Origin: an uncultured Oscillospiraceae bacterium
GTDB lineage: Bacteria; Bacillota; Clostridia; Christensenellales; CAG-314
Direction of reading: 5' to 3'
Length of the DNA stretch: 64,000 nt
NCBI GenBank assembly: GCA_964607155.1
Contig: CAZSIF010000009.1
Span: 6,795-70,794 of the forward strand
A program made the translations under genes and the position numbers. Below, piece after piece: positions 45,341 to 54,385 of the stretch (positions are counted from its first letter, which is position 1; every line of letters begins with the position of its first letter). The notes under the pieces were generated by a model. It was given only the letters and a program-made list of their open reading frames with translations, had not been told where the DNA came from and made no database searches.

Positions 45341-48300
45341 TTACTCCGCAACAGCAACCGTCAACACTTGGTTGTTGCCAAAAGTGATGCCGCTTTCGCT
45401 AACCATCCAGTAGCCCGTGTAAGCGTCTACGCCGCTTTCCACCAATGCCGCCAAACTGCTGTACTGCGTTGCATCCCATTGCTTTTGAACATCATCGCCT
45501 TCAACAGCGTCCGCATACGCAAGTTTAAGCTCAACTTCGCCGTTAACGATAATCTTAACGTTTTGGCATGTGCCGTTGTAACTGGAAGCTCTTCCTGCAA
45601 CCAAACCAACTCTGTCGATTGTAGCAGGGTCAAAATTATCGGCAAAGCGAATGTTGACAATACAGTCTTTAATCGAACCGGTATTGAAGTTTGTTGCAAA
45701 AGCACCGGCTGCGCACCAGGCAGCATCCAATTCGCGACCATTAGAGGAAATCACATAGTCAACATAGACGTTTTCAAACTTGCCGCCGTCTATGCCTCCA
45801 ACCAAACCGTGCATGCTGCCTGCCTGCGTAACATTAACAAAAGCAACGTTCTTTATCGTGCCTCTGTACCAAGTGAAAATGCCGCCAGCCCAGCCATCAC
45901 CCAACAGTAGGTTTTCGATTTTATGTCCCTGTCCGTCAATAGTTCCGCTGAAATCGCCAAAACTTGACCATCCGCCGGTTGGTGTGTTGCCTGCGAAATC
46001 GAGGTCGGCCGTCAAAACAAAGTTACCTGCAAGGTCAGCTGCGATTTTGCTACGGAAGTCGCCCACGGAAGCAATTTGGTAAACTTTGGTTGCAGTCACT
46101 TTGAGAGTAACCGCTTGACCATTGCCGCAAACAGCCGAAAGGGTAGCTTCGCCTGCGCCGACAACTTTAACTTTAAGCACGCCATCTTGCAGAACAAGCA
46201 CTGCAACGCTTTCGTTAGTGGAAGTGCACACAACAGCAGCGGGCACATCTACCGTTTCGCCGTCTTGCAAACCGGTGATAACAACTTCGTCCAAAATTCT
46301 TTCCGTTTCAAACGTGGCTGTAACATCGCCGCCGTCGTAAACCAAGTCGCATGCGCTCGGCTCAACAAGCGTTACCTTTACAGTGGCTTGTGCGTCGCCT
46401 ACCGCAACAGTGATAATTGCCTCGCCAATACCTATGGGAGTAACAATAACCTTCCCTTCCACAATGGCTACCGTTGCAGCCTCCTCGTTGGAAGACGTTG
46501 CCGTTGCACTTTCCGGAAGGGCATCTTGTGCAGTGATATAGTGACGAATACCAACGGTAACTTCAAACGCCTCTACGCCGTATTCGTACACTTTAACCAC
46601 GTCCGCGCCGTTTGTAAGAGTATATTCGGGCACAGCCAACACTACTTTTTCGCCAAATATAATACCCGTTTCACCGATTGTCCAATATTCCGTGTACACA
46701 GCCAAATCGCCCTCTGCAAGGTCTTTGTAATCCTTGTACCAAGCGCAAGTTGTCCAACCCTTTTGAACGCCGTCTTCGCCAACAGCATCGCCATAGGCAA
46801 GCTTAACTGTAACATCGGCATTAACGATAACCTTAACGTTTTCTACCACTGCCGCATATGCGCCGGCATTACCGGATATTGCGCCGATACGGTCAAATGA
46901 ACTGAAATCGAAGTCATCTGCAAATCTGATATTTGCAATGCTGTTTTTAATATTGCCGTCTGCTACGTTAAGACAGAACGCACCAGTACCACTTCTGTTA
47001 GTATCGAAGTTTACACCGTTTTTGTGCATAACGATATCGACATAGCAATTTTCGATTGTGCCGCCGCCGGAAATAATACTAATTAAGCCGTGAGCACCAC
47101 GTTCGCCTGATGTGATGACATTTACAAACGCAACGTTTTTGATTATGCCGTTATCTGTCAAATTGTAGAACAAACCGCCCTGATTTTTATCGTTGTAGCA
47201 AATTTTAAGGTTTTCGATTTTGTGACCTTGACCATCGAAAGAGCCGGTAAACGTTCCAAGACTTTCCACAATATCGTTGCCGTCCGCATCAACGCCAAGA
47301 ACGGTTTCGCCGTTAAAGTCGATATCCGCATCCAAAACGATAACTCCGCCTTCGAGAACTTGCGGAACTTTTGTGCGGAAATCTTCAACCGAGGCAATGT
47401 GTGCAACTTGGTTGAGCGTTACTTGAATTTCGCAAACCGCGTTGCCTACGGTTATACTTAACGTTGCCTTGCCCTTGCCTTTATAGGAGATAAACACGTT
47501 ATCGTCGTCGTCCAAGCCGATAGTTGCAACCGCTTCGTCAGTGGAAGCAAATGTTATTTCCGGAAGTTCGTCCATGAGCTCGGTGTTGTGCAAAAAGTTA
47601 ACAACCACAATTTCCGCATCGGGCAATTCCGTTTCGTAATTCTTGGAAATATCGCCGCCCTTGTACAGGATAACGTATTCCGGTGTTGCGGCGAGCGCAA
47701 CTGTATCGTGGAAGTAAACAGCATTATCCCTAACCGACCAAACAGACGAATCCAACTTGGTAATTTCGTCGCCGTTGATAAGGTTATATGTATATAGATA
47801 TGCGTTACAGTTTGTTGTAACGTATTCTGCAACGCCAGAAGCAGCCTCTTTGCAGTACAATCCGCCGTAAAACTCGGATGTAAGCTTGTTGCCGTTGGTC
47901 ATAACCAAAACGTTTTCCGCATAGCCCTTCCACGAGTTTGCAAAAACGGCTATTGCCGAGGTGGCACTGGCAAACGATTCCTGATTGGTGCGGAGGTTTA
48001 CCACGATATTTTTAAGCAAACCGCCCTCGTCCAAATAGGAAGCCAAAGCAGCTGCGCCCGTTTCGCTATTATACGTTCCAGTGTAGGGCATTAAGTAATC
48101 GAGATAAACATTTTCAACAAGTCCGGTTACCTTACCGAAAAATGCATTGTTAGCGGACGAGCCTCTTGTGCCGCCGATAGTCATGTTGACAAATGCAATA
48201 TCTCTAATAGTGCCTTTAACTTCTTCAGCGATACCTTTATCCCAACCATCAGCGTGAGTACCGTTGCTAATGGAGTGGCCTCTACCATCCAAAACACCCG

Positions 48301-49462
48301 TGAATGTTCCGAGGAGCGGCGCCCAATCCGAAGTCCAAATACCGCCGCCGACATCGATATCAGCAGTGAGATAGTACTTGCCTGCGCGATTATTTGCAAT
48401 GGCAAAAAAGTCGCTCTTGGTAGCAATAGCCGAGTAGTCTGCATAGTTACGGCACTCGATGGAAATGCGAGCAATTTCCGCATCGTCGATTTTTGCAATT
48501 ATTGCAACTTTGCCATCGGCAACTGCCGTCACTTTATTTTCAGCAATGGTTGCAACTTCGTCGTTATCGGTAGATAACGTTACTGCAACGTCACTTTCCG
48601 TTCCGTCGATTTTTGCAACAACCACAATTTCGGGATAAACGTTTTCGTTATCCAATCCGGAAATTGCAAGTTTAACGTTATCTTTCACGGAAAGCTCTAC
48701 GGAAACAAAGCTTGCCTTGACCGTTACCCTTGCTGATACCGTGTAGGTTGCATCGATGCGAGTTTCGCCCACATACCAACCCCTAAACAACGAATTGTTA
48801 GGAGCGGTAACTTCCGGCAAGTCACCGATTGCAACGCCCTCGTCTATCACGCGAGAGGCTTCGCTACCGCTGCCTGCACCATAATCAAAGGTAACAACGC
48901 AACCGCTAACAACTTGCTCAAAAGTTGCGCTAACGGTTATATTGGAAGTGATGTTTTCCACAACATATACACCTTCCGTAATCGTTACGGGCTGTCCGTT
49001 AACTTTAAGCTCTTTGAGCTCGTAGTTGCTGTCCGCCGTGACTGTAAGCGTTACGCTGCCGCCCTCATTAACAGATGTGGCACTTGCAACAATCTTGCCG
49101 TTTGTGCACGGCTCGACGGTTACGCTGTATGTTACGGTAACGTCGTTAAGAGCAAATGCTGCCGTTACTCTTACATCCGACTTTACGTTTTCGACAACGT
49201 AAGTGCTGCCGGTAACCGTTACGGTTTGCCCATTGACTTTAAGCCAATCAAGGTGATAGCCGTCGTCAGCCGCCACACTAAGCGTAACTTTGCCGCCATC
49301 GGTAACGGTTGCCGCATCTGCCGTAACCTTACCGTTTAAGCAATCTTCGATCGTTACATTGTAGGTTGCCGGCGGTTCTTCTTCGGTTTTACACGCAACC
49401 AAACACACGATTGCGATAACCGCTACAACTGCCAACAAACACGTTAACAATCTTTTTTTCAT
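45341..49462 (-). CDS. 1373-aa surface lipoprotein: 2 divergent InlB-B-repeat domains, 1 Listeria-Bacteroides repeat, Big_2-like domains and 3 copies of a ~250-aa beta-helix-like module
   Basis: Lipobox AIVCLVAC|K. Tandem 'Y.VT(I/V)E.C.NGK(V/I)......V..GG.VTL.V.AD..Y.L..LKVNGQ.VT(V/I)' repeats. Modules at ~47694-48436, ~46640-47406 and 45344-46084. AAGGAGA SD. Confidence 0.8.
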   Translation of the reverse strand: MKKRLLTCLLAVVAVIAIVCLVACKTEEEPPATYNVTIEDCLNGKVTADAATVTDGGKVTLSVAADDGYHLDWLKVNGQTVTVTGSTYVVENVKSDVRVTAAFALNDVTVTYSVTVEPCTNGKIVASATSVNEGGSVTLTVTADSNYELKELKVNGQPVTITEGVYVVENITSNITVSATFEQVVSGCVVTFDYGAGSGSEASRVIDEGVAIGDLPEVTAPNNSLFRGWYVGETRIDATYTVSARVTVKASFVSVELSVKDNVKLAISGLDNENVYPEIVVVAKIDGTESDVAVTLSTDNDEVATIAENKVTAVADGKVAIIAKIDDAEIARISIECRNYADYSAIATKSDFFAIANNRAGKYYLTADIDVGGGIWTSDWAPLLGTFTGVLDGRGHSISNGTHADGWDKGIAEEVKGTIRDIAFVNMTIGGTRGSSANNAFFGKVTGLVENVYLDYLMPYTGTYNSETGAAALASYLDEGGLLKNIVVNLRTNQESFASATSAIAVFANSWKGYAENVLVMTNGNKLTSEFYGGLYCKEAASGVAEYVTTNCNAYLYTYNLINGDEITKLDSSVWSVRDNAVYFHDTVALAATPEYVILYKGGDISKNYETELPDAEIVVVNFLHNTELMDELPEITFASTDEAVATIGLDDDDNVFISYKGKGKATLSITVGNAVCEIQVTLNQVAHIASVEDFRTKVPQVLEGGVIVLDADIDFNGETVLGVDADGNDIVESLGTFTGSFDGQGHKIENLKICYNDKNQGGLFYNLTDNGIIKNVAFVNVITSGERGAHGLISIISGGGTIENCYVDIVMHKNGVNFDTNRSGTGAFCLNVADGNIKNSIANIRFADDFDFSSFDRIGAISGNAGAYAAVVENVKVIVNADVTVKLAYGDAVGEDGVQKGWTTCAWYKDYKDLAEGDLAVYTEYWTIGETGIIFGEKVVLAVPEYTLTNGADVVKVYEYGVEAFEVTVGIRHYITAQDALPESATATSSNEEAATVAIVEGKVIVTPIGIGEAIITVAVGDAQATVKVTLVEPSACDLVYDGGDVTATFETERILDEVVITGLQDGETVDVPAAVVCTSTNESVAVLVLQDGVLKVKVVGAGEATLSAVCGNGQAVTLKVTATKVYQIASVGDFRSKIAADLAGNFVLTADLDFAGNTPTGGWSSFGDFSGTIDGQGHKIENLLLGDGWAGGIFTWYRGTIKNVAFVNVTQAGSMHGLVGGIDGGKFENVYVDYVISSNGRELDAAWCAAGAFATNFNTGSIKDCIVNIRFADNFDPATIDRVGLVAGRASSYNGTCQNVKIIVNGEVELKLAYADAVEGDDVQKQWDATQYSSLAALVESGVDAYTGYWMVSESGITFGNNQVLTVAVAE

Positions 49463-49559
49463 AGTTTCTTTCTCCTTTTTATTATTTTTTAACGAAATAA
49501 TTCGTTAGAAATTCAACTTTAACTCTTGCGCCGTTGCGACAAGCACTATCGTGCCGCCG

Positions 49560-52451
49560 CTATGCAAGCTTTTTAAGGGTGGGCAATGCGTCGGAAGTGA
49601 TATTCCAAACCGATTCGGAGAAAGAGCCGAACGGAGCATTTGCCGCCACCGCTTTCTTTTCAGACGAGTAGTAATTACAATTTACAACGCCGTTACTGTT
49701 AATATAAGCGATTGACTGAACTGCAACCGAGCTTGCGGCAGAACCAATCGTTACGCCGATACAGTCCTTGGCAACGCCTTGACACAAAGCCATCAAAACG
49801 CCCACGTTAACTGTTTCGTTAGGCACAATCGTCACCTCGGAAACATCCGCATAAGCAATACAGTTATACATTCTGCCGCGGTATTCGTTTGTGCCGCAAA
49901 GTGCGCCTACCGATTGATAGTCGGTTCCGTATCCGGCAGTAAGCTTTGCTTTTACGACCACATCACGGATAATACCTGTGTTAAACGCCACCAAACCTGC
50001 CGTCTTTTGCGTATCGGAGCCGTCCTTTGCACAGAACAAGATATTTTCAAACACGGTATTGCGAATTATCGCAGTAGTTGCGGTACGTCCCCAAATACCT
50101 TGGTTATCGCCCTTGATGGTGACGTTGGAAACGGTAAATCCGTTACCGTCGAACATTCCGGAGAAGTACAGCGAATCGCTATCGGTAGTTGTCCACGGGG
50201 TGATTGCCTCGAACACGTTGCCACCAAAATCGATATCGTTAACCAAGCAGTAATTGAGCTTGTAGTTATCCTTCATCGCCTGCAACTGCGCCGCCGTGGA
50301 AATTTGTTCCCAAGCGGTAACGTTAACTTCGATAAGGTCAATATAGTCGTCCTCGATATAACGCACGCTTATGCAGCATATTCCCTTGCCCACTGCCGTG
50401 ATTACTCCGTTTTCGTCAACGGTGGCAACGGATTCGTCCGAAGAAATAAAGGACAGATTTTCCTGAACAATCTCGCCCGTTTCGGTGCGGAGCACGATTG
50501 CATGCTTATCACTCAATGCGGGCTGGTTGTAATCTATTGCCACAATCTCCTTATCCGGAGAGATAACAACCCCCGTAACAATAAGTTCAACTGTTGCAGA
50601 TGAGCCGTTTTCCAATGTAACGCTAAGCTCCACCGCGCCCTTAGAACGAGCAAAAAAGGTGAGCGTTTTATCTGCATTTTGCTCACAGGAAACAATATTA
50701 CCTTCGTTGCCGCTTATCGACCAATCGATATCTATACCCAACAAATTGGTGGTTTGCAACGTGTAGCGATTGCCCTGAGCAAAATATATTGTGGATTTTT
50801 CCAGCGATACTTGCGGATAGTGGTACAGTGACGGGACGGAAAGCCCCGTGTTTGTCCAAACCCTTTCGGTATAGGACGTAAGCTGCGCTGCCGCCAAGAA
50901 TGCTTCCTCACTTGCGTACACGCCGCAATCGGTAAAGTAACCATAGGTGTTTGACCACTCACCGTACATGGGTAATATCGCGTCGGTGCAGATTGCATAG
51001 CAGTTTTCCACCGCGCCGCAGTTATATCCGATGATAGCGCCGCAGTTGGTGTAGGTGCGAGCTGCCGTCACCTTAACAATGCAGTTGCGGATTGTGCCAT
51101 CCATGTGGTTGGTTGCAACAATACCGCCGTGACTGTTCCAGTTGTTTTGACTATCGCTTTGAATTGTGTTTTCGAAATAACAATTTTCGATAAGCCCCTT
51201 ATTATACGAAACAATGCTGCCTACCTTGTTGCTTGTATCTTGGTTTATAAGGTTGATAACAGACAAATTGCGAATGACGCTTGTGGTGTTCGTTTCACCT
51301 ATAATACCCTTGTTCCAGCCGGCAAGAATATTGATGTTTTTGATGGCGTAGCCCTGCCCGTCAAGCAAGCCGCCCCAGTATGCGCTATCGGGCACGCTGT
51401 CGCCTGCCCACGGAGTAACGCAATCCCACTGAGCGCCCTCAAAGTCGATATCGTTCATCAGTTTGAACACGCCGTTGATATCCGTGCGCATATATTCAAG
51501 GTCGGCGGGCGTGGTTACTGCGTACCAACTTTCCACCTTGCAAACTATGACTTCGGAAGAATCCTGTGCTTGCGCGGATATTGTAACGTTACCGCTCTTT
51601 AATGCGGTAAGCAATACATACGGTGTTCCCTTGCGGTCCTGTTTTATTTCCGCCTTGACGATATCGGGAGCGGAAGATGTCCAATTCAAACCGCTAACAG
51701 TAGCCTTATATCCGCCAATCCAGCCGCTAACGACTATTGCCGCCGTTTGCGGATATTGTACGGACGTATCCGATTTGCTAACATCGTCAATGGTCAAAGC
51801 CGTTCCGTTCGGGTGGAGCGTAACCTCCGTTTGCGAAAGAGCAATTTCAACAATCTTTTCCACCGTTACTGCGCAACTTGCCGTTGTGCCGGAAGGAGTT
51901 GTTGCCGTGATTACGACAGGCTCCTTTTTGGTGTTTTTGACGCCCGTAACAACACCGTTTTCGTCAACCGTTGCATATTTTTCGTCGCTCGAACTCCAAG
52001 TAATCGCGCAATCCTGCTCGACCAAACCAAGCATTACCGTTGCCGATAACTGCGCCGTTTCGCCCTTGAAAACCCTAACGTTTTCTCTGTTGAGGACGAC
52101 GCTTTCCTGCGAGGAAACGGTTACGGCGCAACTTGCAGACTTATCGTCCACAGTTGCTGTAATCGTCGCTGAACCGTCCGCCACCGCAGTAACTTTGCCG
52201 TTGGTTACCGTTGCAACCTCCGTAGCAGATGACGTCCAAGAAGCAAGCTCCTCGGTGCCGCTTATCGTAGCGGATATTACCGCAGTCTGCCCCATTACCA
52301 AGGACAACTCCGTTTTATCCAGTGCAATCGTAACCGTAGCAGATGGCGTAACAGGGGGCTGTTGTTCTTCCTCGCCGCCGTCGTCGCAGGCGACAAGAGT
52401 GCACGCCAATGCCAAAATCAAGAGTAAAAGAAATATACGATATTTTTTCAT
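49560..52451 (-). CDS. 963-aa surface lipoprotein: several Big_2-like Ig domains and 2 copies of the beta-helix-like module
   Basis: Start moved to ATG 52451 (GGAGGG SD; MKKYRIFLLLLILALACTLVAC|D). Big_2-like 'LSLVMGQTAVISATISG...WTSSATEVATVTNGKVTAVADGSATITATV'. Modules at ~50815-51528 and 49563-50314. Confidence 0.8.
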   Translation of the reverse strand: MKKYRIFLLLLILALACTLVACDDGGEEEQQPPVTPSATVTIALDKTELSLVMGQTAVISATISGTEELASWTSSATEVATVTNGKVTAVADGSATITATVDDKSASCAVTVSSQESVVLNRENVRVFKGETAQLSATVMLGLVEQDCAITWSSSDEKYATVDENGVVTGVKNTKKEPVVITATTPSGTTASCAVTVEKIVEIALSQTEVTLHPNGTALTIDDVSKSDTSVQYPQTAAIVVSGWIGGYKATVSGLNWTSSAPDIVKAEIKQDRKGTPYVLLTALKSGNVTISAQAQDSSEVIVCKVESWYAVTTPADLEYMRTDINGVFKLMNDIDFEGAQWDCVTPWAGDSVPDSAYWGGLLDGQGYAIKNINILAGWNKGIIGETNTTSVIRNLSVINLINQDTSNKVGSIVSYNKGLIENCYFENTIQSDSQNNWNSHGGIVATNHMDGTIRNCIVKVTAARTYTNCGAIIGYNCGAVENCYAICTDAILPMYGEWSNTYGYFTDCGVYASEEAFLAAAQLTSYTERVWTNTGLSVPSLYHYPQVSLEKSTIYFAQGNRYTLQTTNLLGIDIDWSISGNEGNIVSCEQNADKTLTFFARSKGAVELSVTLENGSSATVELIVTGVVISPDKEIVAIDYNQPALSDKHAIVLRTETGEIVQENLSFISSDESVATVDENGVITAVGKGICCISVRYIEDDYIDLIEVNVTAWEQISTAAQLQAMKDNYKLNYCLVNDIDFGGNVFEAITPWTTTDSDSLYFSGMFDGNGFTVSNVTIKGDNQGIWGRTATTAIIRNTVFENILFCAKDGSDTQKTAGLVAFNTGIIRDVVVKAKLTAGYGTDYQSVGALCGTNEYRGRMYNCIAYADVSEVTIVPNETVNVGVLMALCQGVAKDCIGVTIGSAASSVAVQSIAYINSNGVVNCNYYSSEKKAVAANAPFGSFSESVWNITSDALPTLKKLA

Positions 52452-52464
52452 GCTCTGCCCTCCG

Positions 52465-54384
52465 TTAATTACCCAAGGCAAGACGCCAAGCCGCGATACG
52501 AACTTCAAGATTGCCGTCATCACCGAGAGCAAGGTTTGTATGCTCGTGCCAGTAAATAATGTTGTTTGCTTTTGCAATTTCCTCGAATTCGTCAATCATT
52601 GCCTTTTGCTGACTTGCCGTGTATGTCTGCTGATAATGTTGCAACGCGATGAACATTACAGAAAGCTTTTGCAGCTTTATGCGTTTTACAAGCGTTTCGT
52701 AAAGCGTGGGATCACTTTCCTTATACTTTTCTACCGCCGCTATACCCTGCTCGAAATAGCCCATGCAGGTATCGACGTATGCCTTTGTCCAATATTGACT
52801 CTTGTTATAATCCACATAGCAGTAGTTATCCTGATTGAATTCCGCGCGGATAACGCCCATATGCGTACGCACCAAATTGTAGTAAGCCGTCATATACTCC
52901 GCAGCATCCTTGTAAAAGTGCGTCATAAAGTCGGCAATGAGCTTTTGAACGTCCGCATCCGTATCCCACATCAACTTGGATATAATGTACACGCGCAAAC
53001 GCTCGAAGGTGGGCGTTGCCGCATCCCACGGACCTTGGTCGAACAGCACCTGACAACCCATACTCTTGAGTTCCTGATACTGTAACTGCTGCGAACCCCA
53101 ATTATCGAAGTTTACAAAGTAGTTCCACGGGTTCATACTGTATGTCCACACACAAAACCTATCGCAAACTTTTTGCCAACCAAGCATACTTTCTGCCGTT
53201 TCCGGATTGTGTTCCTTATCCAAAAAACCATAGCTAAAGTTTGCGTGCAGAGGAGCAAAGTAAATAAATACGTTTGGCTCCGCCTTGACATCGGGGTGAG
53301 TTAGCTCGTACTCGCCGTTTTCGTTAACAACGACGGGAGCATTTAGCGTTTTGAGATACGCAAATGTGCCGATGTACAGCACTCTATCGGGATCGGTTTC
53401 GTCCAGCCACTCTTGGATTGCCCTTGCAACGCTATTGACAAAAACCATATCTACGCCGCTGCAAGTACCGTATTTTTCCACAGCCGCCTTGCAACGCTCG
53501 CACTCGCAAAATGTATTAGCGTCCATTTCGCCAAGCAGAATGTAATGCTGGTCGGGGTGATTTGTGATAATCACTTTAAGTTGCTTTATAAATTCTTCAC
53601 GCATTTCCTCGTTGGTAAGGCACAACTGCGTTCCGTCCGTGCTATACCAATCGGGATGGTTTGCGTAGTACGTTGCCTTGGGCAACACGTTAAAGTGGCT
53701 GTGCGAGCCGTAAATCCAATCGTTGCCGTGAACTTCCACGCGCATACGGTCGTGGAAGGTCGCGCTTGAGTTAATAGGATAATACGAAATTTGACGCTTT
53801 TCAAAATCGGGAGCTTCCTTTATGTTGAACTTTAACAGCTTCAGCTCCGTTTTGAGTTCGTAGTAAATTTCGTCCTCGGCATATACTTCAAAACCGATTT
53901 GGTGATTCAAAAATCCGTAAACGCCGTACAATGTGCCATAGTCGGACGGTCCTGCAATAATAACAGTGTTACCCTTTGTTACGATAACGTATCCGTCGGA
54001 GGTAAGCTCCTTACTATCAACGGAGACGCCGCTTGTGGCAAGAATTTCCGTATCGCCCACGGAAATGTATTTGGCATCGGAGTCGAACGTAAGCCCGACG
54101 TCGGAAATCACCGGAAGCTCAGCACCTGTCGATTTGCGGAAAAACTCCGTCATTTCATCGCGAGCAACCTTTTCCTTTGTCTTTAAGCTCGAAGGGACCA
54201 CCAACTTGTACTCCGTAGTTCCGTTTGACGCAAGCATAATGCTTGTTTCCGGAATGGTTACAGGTTCCTCCTCCTTATACACCGGCGCCTCGTCCTCTTC
54301 CGATGGCTTGCACGCCGAAAGTAACACGGTTAAACACGTTACCATTAACATCAAAAAACAGATTATTCTAATTGTCTTTTTCAT
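52465..54384 (-). CDS. DUF4838-like lipoprotein (putative extracellular glycoside hydrolase-like protein)
   Basis: Start moved to ATG 54384 (GGAGG SD; lipobox LLSAC|K). 'HSHFNVLPKATYYANHPDWYSTDGTQLCLTNEEM' and 'FCECERCKAAVEKYGTCSG' match the DUF4838 pattern as I remember it. Confidence 0.6.
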   Translation of the reverse strand: MKKTIRIICFLMLMVTCLTVLLSACKPSEEDEAPVYKEEEPVTIPETSIMLASNGTTEYKLVVPSSLKTKEKVARDEMTEFFRKSTGAELPVISDVGLTFDSDAKYISVGDTEILATSGVSVDSKELTSDGYVIVTKGNTVIIAGPSDYGTLYGVYGFLNHQIGFEVYAEDEIYYELKTELKLLKFNIKEAPDFEKRQISYYPINSSATFHDRMRVEVHGNDWIYGSHSHFNVLPKATYYANHPDWYSTDGTQLCLTNEEMREEFIKQLKVIITNHPDQHYILLGEMDANTFCECERCKAAVEKYGTCSGVDMVFVNSVARAIQEWLDETDPDRVLYIGTFAYLKTLNAPVVVNENGEYELTHPDVKAEPNVFIYFAPLHANFSYGFLDKEHNPETAESMLGWQKVCDRFCVWTYSMNPWNYFVNFDNWGSQQLQYQELKSMGCQVLFDQGPWDAATPTFERLRVYIISKLMWDTDADVQKLIADFMTHFYKDAAEYMTAYYNLVRTHMGVIRAEFNQDNYCYVDYNKSQYWTKAYVDTCMGYFEQGIAAVEKYKESDPTLYETLVKRIKLQKLSVMFIALQHYQQTYTASQQKAMIDEFEEIAKANNIIYWHEHTNLALGDDGNLEVRIAAWRLALGN

Positions 54385-54385
54385 T

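Noticed and set aside
51463-53085. 540-aa plus-strand ORF spanning the junction of two minus-strand genes.
   Set aside because: It is antisense to two well-supported genes with SDs, lipoboxes and domain motifs. Its composition is Ser/Thr/Val/Ala-rich and low-complexity, with no SD. It is a typical shadow ORF in the complementary frame.
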